From: Thermoproteota archaeon
GTDB lineage: Archaea; Korarchaeota; Korarchaeia; Korarchaeales; Korarchaeaceae
NCBI GenBank assembly: GCA_026986575.1
Contig: JALSOH010000004.1
Coordinates: 800,001-864,000 of the forward strand
Reading direction: 5' to 3'
Length of the DNA: 64,000 bases
How positions within the stretch are numbered: the stretch's first letter is position 1; each line of letters opens with the position of its first letter. The notes under the pieces are model-generated. The model was not told the origin of the DNA and did no database searches. It was given only the letters and a program-made list of their open reading frames with translations. The position numbers were made by a program, and so were the translations under genes. Shown piece after piece: positions 40,879-49,509 of this stretch.

Positions 40879-42085
40879 GAGTAGACCTGATCCTTTCCGC
40901 TAGGGAAACGAGATCATCCGGGCCTAGAGACTCGTCTCCTATGTCAGGCGGCCTCTCAGTCAAGCTGACAAGGTCTGTGTAGGGTATACCAAGTTCCCTC
41001 ATCCTCATCACTGATTTCTCAGCCTCTTTCTCAGGTATCGGTCCCAGCTTGATCTCGTATCCAGCTATGACTCTCTTTCTCCTCAGGAGGATTGCATCCA
41101 CATCGCCCTCGGGCGACACGTGGTAGGCTAGCCTCGCCCCCTCCCGCCTGGCCAGCATCTCCCCCACCGAAAGCTGGATCTCCCTACCCAAGACGCTCCT
41201 GATCGCATCCTCCTCAGGCGGGTAACCGTCGTTCACCCCGAACTTGGCCTCCATGTAGTAGAGGACTGACAACAGGGGAGATCTGTGCCGGTAAAGGTAT
41301 TTGGTCCTTCCACTCTTCCACAGAGGTATCTTAGTCGCTAATCCCATGGATTCAAGCCTCGAGAGGATTCCGGTGACTGCGGCAATCCCTCCAGACAGTA
41401 ATCCCCTGGAGCTTAGGATTCCCGCCATTTCCTTGGCGCTCCAGACCCCCTCCCCCATTAGGAGGAGGATCGAGTCGTAGAGGGATGTGAGTACCCTCTC
41501 CTCCTCGCTGAAGACTTCACCCACAAGTCCTTGAGCGGACATGAAGAGCCCGAATGATCTATCCACCAAGAAGCGGACCGGGTCCTCTAGGTTAGCGAGC
41601 GGTATCACCCAAGGGTCCCTCATGAGAGCGGCCCACACGAAGCCCTCCCTATCCTTCGGCCTGAGATTCGCCAGCATGTCCGAGTAGGATATTATGTCGA
41701 GTCTTAAGGGTTCAACAAGCCCCAGAAGGGGGTTTCTCCTGTCGAACACCTTCCTCACTATCCCCGAGCTAGATCCCGCTAGGTAGAGTCTTCCGCTCGG
41801 GTGTATCTCGGCTAGTCTCTCCCAATGCACATCATCGAGCCTCTGAAACTCGTCTATCACGGCCTTTCCATCAGAGGAGAGGGTCTCCACGACGAGGCGG
41901 ATCGCTTCCTCTATGGTCCTCAGTTCCCCGTCCACAAGCGCAGCCCTTGATCTTGTGATCGTCACGTAAGCATCCCATCTCGTGAGACGACGTAGCAGGA
42001 AGGATTTGCCTACCTTCCTCCTGCCGTAGAGGAGGAGCCAGCCCTTCCTCCTCTTTATCTCCTCGCCTTCCCACCTATCTATCAC
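40844..42085 (-). CDS. Archaeal ATPase with C-terminal PD-(D/E)xK-like domain
   Basis: YGRRKVGKS, VIDEFQ, AGSS, NPLLG, GDVD...YEIK. Confidence 0.85.
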   Translation of the reverse strand: MIDRWEGEEIKRRKGWLLLYGRRKVGKSFLLRRLTRWDAYVTITRSRAALVDGELRTIEEAIRLVVETLSSDGKAVIDEFQRLDDVHWERLAEIHPSGRLYLAGSSSGIVRKVFDRRNPLLGLVEPLRLDIISYSDMLANLRPKDREGFVWAALMRDPWVIPLANLEDPVRFLVDRSFGLFMSAQGLVGEVFSEEERVLTSLYDSILLLMGEGVWSAKEMAGILSSRGLLSGGIAAVTGILSRLESMGLATKIPLWKSGRTKYLYRHRSPLLSVLYYMEAKFGVNDGYPPEEDAIRSVLGREIQLSVGEMLARREGARLAYHVSPEGDVDAILLRRKRVIAGYEIKLGPIPEKEAEKSVMRMRELGIPYTDLVSLTERPPDIGDESLGPDDLVSLAERIRSTPKDEGPSQPSP

Positions 42086-42092
42086 TAACAAA

Positions 42093-42132
42093 CATAATAT
42101 TCCTAATAGAATATTCCCACAAGAATATAAAT
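42093..42132 (-). promoter_or_regulatory. Three GAATATTC-like boxes at 14-bp period over the ATPase promoter
   Basis: aatattcc-taatag-aatattcc-cacaag-aatata, the last box overlapping TTTATA on the minus strand. Confidence 0.5.
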
Positions 42133-42140
42133 TGTTCGAA

Positions 42141-43574
42141 TCAGGAGAGGTCCTTTGCCACGTAGAAGGAGCCCCTGATGAGCTCATACCCCAGCTTCCT
42201 GAAGTAGTTCCTCGCCCCCACACCCGATATGACCAGCATCCTCCTCGCATCCAGCTCCTCCACCGCTATTCTCTCAGCCTCCGACATGAGCCACCTCCCG
42301 AACCCCCTGTGCTGGGCCCCCTCTCTAGGCGGCTCTCCCACCGGAACCAGAGGACCGTAAACGTGGATCTCCCTCACTATGGCCGTCCTCTCATTCACCT
42401 CCCAGCGATGGGCTAAGACCGAGGGCTTCCTCAGTCTGAGCACCCCCATCAACGCGTCATTGTCATCCACCAAGGATAGGAACACCTCATACCCGCTGCT
42501 GGCCTCGTAGTCTATGCGTTCCATCCGGACTGAGTCGTAATCTGGCTCGATTCCCCTAGCCATGGCGTGGCCGACTTCCCTGTACCTTATCTCGTTTATC
42601 CTCTCTCCCCTCTCTTGGAAGTAGTGCTCCACCATTTGCCTGAGGTTCCTCCTCCTCGGTCCAGCCGCTATGTACTCCTCCGGTATGTCTCTCTGAACGT
42701 GTTGAATCCTCACCCACCTAGGAAGGAGCCGGTACACTTTAATCAGGTACTCCAACGTCTCCTCCTCAGTCAGTCCCCTGTACTCCCCCTTCCTCCACAT
42801 CTCGTAGAGAGGAGTACCGGGGAGGACTAGCGTGGGGTATATCTTCAGCATGTCGGGCCTGAAATCAGGATCCTCGAATATGAGCCTGAAGGCTTCGACA
42901 TCTCTGTCCAGATCGCTTCCCGGGAGCCCAGGCATGAGGTGATAGCAGACCTTGTAGCCGGCGTCCTTTAGAATACGGGTAGACTCTATGACGTCTCGGA
43001 CGGTATGCCCCCTCCTCACCCTCTCCAGCACGTCGTCGAAGGGGCTCTGCACCCCTATCTCAACCCTAGTAGCGCCTAGGTAGAGCATCCTGTCGACGTG
43101 CTCCTCTTTCGCCCAGTCCGGCCTTGTCTCAATGGTGAGGGCCACGCACCTCGCTTTAGCTGACTCATTCAGGGCATGGGCCTCCAGCAGGCTATTGGAT
43201 CTGACCTCATCGCCGGGAAAGGAGTTGAGGGCATCGAAGGCTCTCCTCACGAACCATTCTTGGTAGGAGAAGGGCATGGCCGTGAAGGTGCCCCCCATCA
43301 AGATCATCTCCACCTTAGAGGGGAAGAAGCCGGCCATGAGGTGCTGATGCAGCCTCATCCAAACCTGTTTGAATGGATCGTAGTTCACCCTAGCCGCCCT
43401 CATCACGGTGGGGCTCCTGTCAACATAGCTCTGAGGTGTCTGCCCGCCTCCAGGGCAGTAGATGCATCTGCCGTGTGGGCAAGGGTACGGCCTAGCCATC
43501 ACCGGAACTATCGCTACTCCCGAGGCCACCCTGGCTCTCCTGACGGGCCTTAGCTTCAACCCCTCCATAACCAT
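42141..43574 (-). CDS. elp3: Elp3 tRNA U34 carboxymethyltransferase (radical SAM + KAT)
   Basis: CPHGRCIYCPGG, MGGTF, IETRPD, HLMPGLP, KIYPTLV, QRDIP, REIHVYG, QHRGFG, ISGVGAR.YF. Confidence 0.95.
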   Translation of the reverse strand: MVMEGLKLRPVRRARVASGVAIVPVMARPYPCPHGRCIYCPGGGQTPQSYVDRSPTVMRAARVNYDPFKQVWMRLHQHLMAGFFPSKVEMILMGGTFTAMPFSYQEWFVRRAFDALNSFPGDEVRSNSLLEAHALNESAKARCVALTIETRPDWAKEEHVDRMLYLGATRVEIGVQSPFDDVLERVRRGHTVRDVIESTRILKDAGYKVCYHLMPGLPGSDLDRDVEAFRLIFEDPDFRPDMLKIYPTLVLPGTPLYEMWRKGEYRGLTEEETLEYLIKVYRLLPRWVRIQHVQRDIPEEYIAAGPRRRNLRQMVEHYFQERGERINEIRYREVGHAMARGIEPDYDSVRMERIDYEASSGYEVFLSLVDDNDALMGVLRLRKPSVLAHRWEVNERTAIVREIHVYGPLVPVGEPPREGAQHRGFGRWLMSEAERIAVEELDARRMLVISGVGARNYFRKLGYELIRGSFYVAKDLS

Positions 43575-43575
43575 T

Positions 43576-44244
43576 TCAGACCTTCTCCGCCACCACTACG
43601 TGATTTTCAGCGAACCAGCGATATTTAAAGCTCCTTCCGTAGGAGCGGATAATTCTCAGGCCAGCCTCCTCCACTAATGACTCGAGCTCCCTCTTGGTGA
43701 AGAGGTGATAGTAGCGCTGGTAAACTCGGCCCTTCGTGTGCCACGGGACAGTGAGATCCCCGAACTCTCTCCCCTTCAGGGGATTAAGCAGCATCCTAGG
43801 TATTTTCTTGAAGAAGCGAGGCTGGAAGAGGGCCCATGCTGAGACTATCAGCCTCCCACCCGGCTCGAGCACCCTCTTGACCTCTCTCAAGGAGCGCAAG
43901 CGGTCCTCTCTAGGCAAGTGATGTATCGTTGCCAAGTATAGGACCGTGCCGAAGGAGGAGTCGCGGAAGGGAAGGGTGGAGGCATCGCACTGCACCAGAT
44001 CCCTAACCCTCCTCCTAGCCACCATGAGCATGCCCCAAGAGATGTCGGCGCAAACGACCCTGTACCCTTTACCCTCTAGGTAGCTCGCGTGCCTCCCGTT
44101 ACCGCATCCCAAGTCCAGGATGGGATCCCTGTCGACGAGATCCACCTCCGGCCAGGGCCTCCCTCGGGTGTGATCGAACCCTTCCGCTATCTCGTCATAC
44201 ACCCTCATGACATCGCGCTTCACATTCAGGACGAGCACCCCCAC
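43576..44244 (-). CDS. trm9: Trm9/ALKBH8-like tRNA cm5U methyltransferase
   Basis: VY.EIA..F..TR..PWP, LDLGCGNGR, ATIHH, D..VPW and RYYHLF...EL motifs; stops 1 nt before the elp3 start. Confidence 0.8.
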   Translation of the reverse strand: MGVLVLNVKRDVMRVYDEIAEGFDHTRGRPWPEVDLVDRDPILDLGCGNGRHASYLEGKGYRVVCADISWGMLMVARRRVRDLVQCDASTLPFRDSSFGTVLYLATIHHLPREDRLRSLREVKRVLEPGGRLIVSAWALFQPRFFKKIPRMLLNPLKGREFGDLTVPWHTKGRVYQRYYHLFTKRELESLVEEAGLRIIRSYGRSFKYRWFAENHVVVAEKV

Positions 44245-44303
44245 AGCTCTCCAGATCCTTTGTCAACGCTTATCTCCACACGTCCGGTTAGATCCCACGG
44301 TTA

Positions 44304-44771
44304 TTAGATTGAGTCTAAGAACAAAACCCCCAGCTCCTCCAGCTTGTCGAGTACCGGTTCCATCTCCCTCTCAACCCCTCTGAACAGCGGGGATCCCCCC
44401 ATGAGCTCCGCACTGGCTATGACGTAGCAATCCGGTAGGGCTATGCGCAGTTCCTTCTTCAGCTCACCGGCCCTCTTCGCAGTTTCCTCCGTAATTCTCG
44501 CCACAGATATCCTTACCTTTAACCATTCAACGTATTTTAGTGCTTCTTCATTCGGATTAAGGACGGATGAAGCCTCGTAGATCCTTGAAGCTACGTACAA
44601 GGTCTCGCTTAACGTAATAGGGCTCATAAACAGCCTAACGTTTCCCCCGTCTGCATCACTGAATAGCTTCACGACCTTGTGCCTGTACGGAGCCCTTTTC
44701 ACGATGTACTCGACTAGGACACCGGTATCTAACACAATCCTCTCGGGTCTAGCTCTTGGAGATTCTTCCAT
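44304..44771 (-). CDS. vapC: PIN-domain toxin
   Basis: IVLDTGVLVE, TLSE, ALPDCYVIASA. Confidence 0.85.
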   Translation of the reverse strand: MEESPRARPERIVLDTGVLVEYIVKRAPYRHKVVKLFSDADGGNVRLFMSPITLSETLYVASRIYEASSVLNPNEEALKYVEWLKVRISVARITEETAKRAGELKKELRIALPDCYVIASAELMGGSPLFRGVEREMEPVLDKLEELGVLFLDSI

Positions 44772-44985
44772 GCTTCCTACCCTCTAAGGCGTGCTCCTCT
44801 CTGAGCAGCTCCTCTATGATCTTCGGATCGACATCCACGACCTTTGGTTTAAGAGGCCTCAGTATGATAATACCATCGCCCACTTCGACGAGTACCTCAC
44901 CCCCTTCCCTGATACCAGCCATCTCTCTCAGTCTCTTAGGTAGAATGATCACCCCCTTCTTCCTAACCTTCAGAACCGATTTCAT
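44749..44985 (-). CDS. vapB: AbrB/MazE/SpoVT-type antitoxin
   Basis: KVRKKGVIILPKRLRE.AGIREG; overlaps vapC. Confidence 0.88.
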   Translation of the reverse strand: MKSVLKVRKKGVIILPKRLREMAGIREGGEVLVEVGDGIIILRPLKPKVVDVDPKIIEELLREEHALEGRKHGRISKS

Positions 44986-45030
44986 AGGTTCACCTCTGAT
45001 AATGAGTTTAACTTAATAAAAAGGTGAACT
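44986..45030 (-). promoter_or_regulatory. Putative vapBC autoregulatory operator
   Basis: Inverted repeat GTTCACCT...AGGTGAAC around an AT-rich TATA-like tract. Confidence 0.5.
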
Positions 45031-45117
45031 AATAGCCAAAGTGGAACCAATTGAGCTGTGGTGGACCTACCGGATTCGGATCGACCTAGCGGCCCTCCTG
45101 ACGTCGTGGGACCCCAA

Positions 45118-45390
45118 TCAGATGGAGGGAAGTACCTCCTCCAGCCTCTCGTATATGCCCAACCACTCGTATCCCCTGGGAGTTATCTTATACCTCTTCC
45201 TCCCCCCCTCTTGCAGTTCTATCAGCAACCCATACCTGAGAAGCTGGTTCACTATCCTCCTTCCCCTGTCCACTGGAAGGCCGGCCCTCCTGCATATCTC
45301 CGTTACACACATCTCCTCTCTGCAAGCCTCGAGCATCGACTTCACTATATCGTGCCTGCACCTGTTCTTGTACACAATCAAGGCCGTGAT
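45118..45390 (-). CDS. Winged-helix protein (HTH_45/ArnR1-like); start uncertain
   Basis: R.RHDIV..ML, TEICRRAGL, L...GLL, YKITPRG. Confidence 0.65.
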   Translation of the reverse strand: MTALIVYKNRCRHDIVKSMLEACREEMCVTEICRRAGLPVDRGRRIVNQLLRYGLLIELQEGGRKRYKITPRGYEWLGIYERLEEVLPSI

Positions 45391-45658
45391 GCTTGGAATA
45401 AAAGATTGGGTGCTGGCGTTAGAAGGATTGTACTCACTAATGGGGACTCGTCGGCGCTCTCCAGAACTCCGATGGCTAAGTGATCTCCCACAGCGGTGAC
45501 CTCCTATCGTTCTTTCCATCAGAGAACTACCTTAGGGACTGACTGACCCATAGAATTGCCGATCTGAATGGAGAACCCATCGCCTTCCGGGGATTGAACG
45601 GCGGGACCTGCCGATCCGCGTAAGTACTTGGGCTGTGCAACGTTCCCGCCGGTTGCTA

Positions 45659-45679
45659 TAACTCACAATTTGTGAGTTA
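45659..45679. promoter_or_regulatory. 21-bp palindrome upstream of the bactofilin-like gene
   Basis: TAACTCACAA-T-TTGTGAGTTA. Confidence 0.55.
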
Positions 45680-45720
45680 GAATAAAGGGCGGGAGAACCG
45701 GAGGGTCTCGGGGTGCGTGC

Positions 45721-46359
45721 ATGCAGGAGATAGACGAGCTCTCCGTGGGTGGATCCGTCAGCCTCAAGGGACCGGTGAAATTCGGAGTGGTGAGGGTGAG
45801 CGGTTCCTTGAAGATCGAGGGTGACGCTGAAGGTGAGGAAATGAGGATAAGTGGCTCCAGCACGATAGTAGGTAGTGTCAGAGCTGAGGAGATCAAGGTG
45901 GCAGGGAGCATGAAGGTCTCGGGCAGTATAGAGGCATCAGAACTTGAGATCGCCGGTAGTCTGGAGTCGGACGGGGAGATCAGGGGAGGAGATGTGGAGA
46001 TCGCCGGTAGCGTGAGGGCAAAGAGGATCACTGGGGATGAGGTTAAGGTTCACGGCTCAGCCAAGGCCGAGGAGATAGCGGGAAGTGAGATCGAGGTGGG
46101 CAAGAGATCCAAGGTGAGGGGACTCATAGTGGGCAGGGAGGTCAGGATCGGCAAGGACGCTGAGGTCCAGGATGTGATCGGAGGGGAGGTCTACATCGGG
46201 AGGGGCGCGGAGGCTAGGACGGTCGAGGGGGTCGAGGTACATGTGGATAGTGGCGCGGAGGTTGAGGTGCTGAGATACGTGGAAGAAGCCATAGTACACG
46301 AGAAGGCATCAGTTGGGAGAATGGATAAGGTAGACAAGCTTTCTAGGGAGCTTCCATGA
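45721..46359 (+). CDS. Bactofilin-like beta-helical repeat protein
   Basis: Repeats of about 17 aa such as (V/I)xGSxx(I/V)xGx(V/I)xAxE(I/L). Confidence 0.7.
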   Translation: MQEIDELSVGGSVSLKGPVKFGVVRVSGSLKIEGDAEGEEMRISGSSTIVGSVRAEEIKVAGSMKVSGSIEASELEIAGSLESDGEIRGGDVEIAGSVRAKRITGDEVKVHGSAKAEEIAGSEIEVGKRSKVRGLIVGREVRIGKDAEVQDVIGGEVYIGRGAEARTVEGVEVHVDSGAEVEVLRYVEEAIVHEKASVGRMDKVDKLSRELP

Positions 46360-46390
46360 TCTGCACGACCGATCGCCCAACGAAATCGAA

Positions 46391-46828
46391 TCAGCCACCT
46401 GACCTCTTGAGGAAGTACTCCACGAAGGGTAGCACCACGCCCGGCAGTGTGAAGAACAGGAAGACCTCCATCAGGATGGGAGAGAGGTCGAGGGTGACGG
46501 AGATGGGTCCACCGTAATCGAGGCTCACGCTGACTATACCTCCATCCAAGAAGTACACTACTACCGCGAAGCCGAGTATGGACTCGAGTGCTCCGATCAG
46601 CGGTGAGTATATGGTCCCCCTCAAGGCCGTCGCGGCCAGCGAGAGGCCCATGAACAGGAATATGAGGCCAGTAAGCTCTCCCGTCTCTGGAACAATCACT
46701 TCGCTCGCTATCTCTCCCAGCAACCTGTTCACCATGAGGGGAATGATCACCGCGAAGAGGAGCCAGTAATACACGCCCCAGAGGATGCCCTCAGCCAGCA
46801 CATCCGTAAGCCTCTCCTTCCAGCTCAA
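46391..46828 (-). CDS. Hypothetical membrane protein
   Basis: About four TM segments; TTGA overlap with the upstream gene. Confidence 0.65.
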   Translation of the reverse strand: MSWKERLTDVLAEGILWGVYYWLLFAVIIPLMVNRLLGEIASEVIVPETGELTGLIFLFMGLSLAATALRGTIYSPLIGALESILGFAVVVYFLDGGIVSVSLDYGGPISVTLDLSPILMEVFLFFTLPGVVLPFVEYFLKRSGG

Positions 46829-47211
46829 GATCCCACCTCCACCTCCCTGCTGATGGACAGGGGGAAGATTCCTCCTATCTCGGCGTACAGCTTCATCCTG
46901 ACCCTCTTCAGATGGGAGGGTAGCTCGTTCACCGGTAGCCTAATGGTCAGGTGGCTCCCCTCCACCATCTCATCAGCCTTGGCCTCTCTGGACACCTGCT
47001 TTGAACCTATCAAGGTGATCTCCAGCCTCACGTTCCTCAGCTTTACCCTCCCACGGTAATCGAAGTCCACCAGTATACTCTGTCCCTCCTGCCTCAGGTA
47101 GACTCCCGAACTGGAGTTCATCAGATCGACAACGAAGGTCACGAGGGGGTAGCTCACTCCCAAGAGGAAGAGCAGGCCCACTACGGTGATGGCGGCCTGA
47201 AGGCCCCTCAA
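46825..47211 (-). CDS. Hypothetical membrane-anchored beta-rich protein
   Basis: N-terminal TM segment then alternating beta-strand pattern; TTGA overlap. Confidence 0.65.
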   Translation of the reverse strand: MRGLQAAITVVGLLFLLGVSYPLVTFVVDLMNSSSGVYLRQEGQSILVDFDYRGRVKLRNVRLEITLIGSKQVSREAKADEMVEGSHLTIRLPVNELPSHLKRVRMKLYAEIGGIFPLSISREVEVGS

Positions 47212-47504
47212 ATCCCCTCTCCCTCTTCGCTCCTCCGTATCCTCTCCTCTCTGATCAAGGAGACCGCATGCCTCACTAGAGTGCCCCCAGCGGCTAGCGC
47301 TATTCCCAAAAAGGCGACCTTGAATAGGAGCTCGATGAGGAGCCCGCTGCTCTTGGTGAGCGCATCCATTATGTTCTCACCGGCCACGCGCACCCTGACC
47401 TTGGTGTACTCCATCAGGGAGAACACGAATACTATAGAGATCATGACAATGCCTAGAGCCATGAGAAGAGCACCGCTCCTCCTAGGATCGCTGAGCGCTC
47501 CCAT
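47208..47504 (-). CDS. Hypothetical two-TM membrane protein
   Basis: Two hydrophobic helices; first gene of a coupled trio. Confidence 0.65.
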   Translation of the reverse strand: MGALSDPRRSGALLMALGIVMISIVFVFSLMEYTKVRVRVAGENIMDALTKSSGLLIELLFKVAFLGIALAAGGTLVRHAVSLIREERIRRSEEGEGI

Positions 47505-47571
47505 GCAATCCCCTAACTGCTGAGAGTGAGAGAAAGAAAAATGTGAGGGTGTTCGGGTTGGGCGCCCGCGC

Positions 47572-49341
47572 TCAGGACCTCCTCAACCTCTTGGCTCCCA
47601 GCGCGAGGATGATGACTAGTAAGAGTGCAACTACTCCGTAGATCCAGGTCTCCCCGCCAGTGCCCACGGGTCGTGCCTGCTCTCCAGTGACCTCAGGCTT
47701 GTACTGACCGTACTCTACCGCTTTGTTGCCGACGGCATCGTATGCCTCGATCCTATAGTAGAAGCTCTGGTTGGCTGGCATCTTGAATGTGGGCCAGCCC
47801 GTCTCTATCACAGGCTTCAACGGGTTCCAGCTCTTGTTGTCGGTGGAGGTGTAAGCCTTGACCTCCCTCACACCGGTACCCCTGTCGTAGGCCCTGTAAA
47901 AGAGGAGGACTTCCTCCCCGCTCTCCTTGATCTTCACGCTAAGCTCAGGGGGTTCCTTATCGGGCTCCGCTTGGAGGATCACGAGCTTCCTCTGGTCCGG
48001 TGAGACCTTTACCGAGAGAAGGTAGTAACCGTGGCCCCCGACCTCCTTGGCCTCCACTATCTGAGCGCCACTGACCTGCGGCTCCGGATTGAACTTGCTC
48101 AGGATAATGGGTACCTTCAACTCAGCGGGAGACTTGCCAGATACGGTGAACGCTATGCTTCCAGAGGAGGCGTCAGGCACCCTGAGGAAGGTGACGTTAA
48201 GCTTCCAGAGCGTCGTGGTTGGCTCGTACCTGTAGGATCCGTCCTGCGCCAGGGTGAGGAGCCTGTAATGACCGTAGTCCTCAGCGGGTCCTCCATAACT
48301 TGTTCCGTGATCGTACTGGCCAGCATCGGTGAGTAGGACCTCCACATCTCCATACTTCCAGTCCCCATCGCTGTGCCAGTGGCCCACGAGCCAGAGCCTA
48401 ATTCCGTGCTCGTGGGAGAAGTCTAAGAGATATTTGATGGTGTCGTTGTAGTCGACTATCTTCGTCTCGTTCCCCTCCTTCAGCCACAGTCTTATGTCCT
48501 TATCGTCGAATGGGTAGTGTATGAGGCCCACCCCCGCCTTGCTCCTAGCGGTCTTCAGGAAATCGAACTGGTCGCCGAATATCTTGCCCGTGTCGGAGTC
48601 GGTTGCGAAGAAGGTCAGGTCCCCAAACGAAGTGTAGCCTGCGAGGGGAGCGAAGTACTTCTCCCAGTAATACGCATTCTTCTCTATCGCCGTGTAGTCG
48701 TTGTTCCCCTCGCACATTATGATCGGACGCTTGAGGGTGATGAGCTCCTCATAGGCCCTCCTGAACGGCTCCTCCTCATCCTTTGAGACGATCGCATCTA
48801 TCACATCACCAGTATGTAGGATCAGGTCGATGCCCATTGAGTTGAATGTGCCTATAGCGGTCCTGAAGAGCAGCTCGTTCATGGAGTGTTTGGGCAGGTC
48901 CCTGACCCCGAAGTGGGTGTCCGTCCAGTGGGCCACTTTCAGCTCCCTGTAGGAGTCGAAGAAGGCCACCGCATTGGGTTCAGTGTAAGATTTACCGCCA
49001 GCCACGACCGTCAGATTGTAGAGACCTGAAGGTGCGGATCCCCTGACGTTGACGTAGTAGCCCTGAGGGGTCTTCCCCCTATCGGTAATCTCTAGGTATA
49101 TCCTACCGGTGAAGACCGAAGACAGGTACACCTCGCTGGGCTCTCCCAAGTCCGGGTGGACCCATACCGTGAACTCGCTCCCGTTGATGACGAGGGCTGG
49201 TAGACCGATCCTCGGGTAGAGGATGCCGTTCAGCGGTTTGACGTGGTAGGGAGCGAACGGAGCGGGAGGCTCAGCATGAATCCCCGCAGTGGAGAAGGGT
49301 AGGAGTAACAGGGTTAGGAGAACTAACCACCATGATCGCAA
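47572..49341 (-). CDS. Surface calcineurin-like metallophosphoesterase with C-terminal TM anchor
   Basis: Signal peptide; DTH, TGD..D, GNND, HYP, GHWH motifs; C-terminal TM plus basic tail. Confidence 0.85.
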   Translation of the reverse strand: MRSWWLVLLTLLLLPFSTAGIHAEPPAPFAPYHVKPLNGILYPRIGLPALVINGSEFTVWVHPDLGEPSEVYLSSVFTGRIYLEITDRGKTPQGYYVNVRGSAPSGLYNLTVVAGGKSYTEPNAVAFFDSYRELKVAHWTDTHFGVRDLPKHSMNELLFRTAIGTFNSMGIDLILHTGDVIDAIVSKDEEEPFRRAYEELITLKRPIIMCEGNNDYTAIEKNAYYWEKYFAPLAGYTSFGDLTFFATDSDTGKIFGDQFDFLKTARSKAGVGLIHYPFDDKDIRLWLKEGNETKIVDYNDTIKYLLDFSHEHGIRLWLVGHWHSDGDWKYGDVEVLLTDAGQYDHGTSYGGPAEDYGHYRLLTLAQDGSYRYEPTTTLWKLNVTFLRVPDASSGSIAFTVSGKSPAELKVPIILSKFNPEPQVSGAQIVEAKEVGGHGYYLLSVKVSPDQRKLVILQAEPDKEPPELSVKIKESGEEVLLFYRAYDRGTGVREVKAYTSTDNKSWNPLKPVIETGWPTFKMPANQSFYYRIEAYDAVGNKAVEYGQYKPEVTGEQARPVGTGGETWIYGVVALLLVIILALGAKRLRRS

Positions 49342-49509
49342 CTCGTTGACCCCCCGTTATCTGATGAGGGAGCTAAATACCTTAACCCTCTTCAAGTCAG
49401 GTGCGTTCGGTTACCGCGCTCGCGCTCTCAATGAGGTTAGGGCTCTCGAAGCAAGTGAAGCGAGAAGTCATCGCTCTAACTGTGGACGTCATCACTCACA
49501 GCTTTAGCA

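Noticed and set aside
45575-45660. tRNA (GTTCAATCC-like T-loop on the minus strand)
   Set aside because: No cloverleaf or acceptor stem can be built
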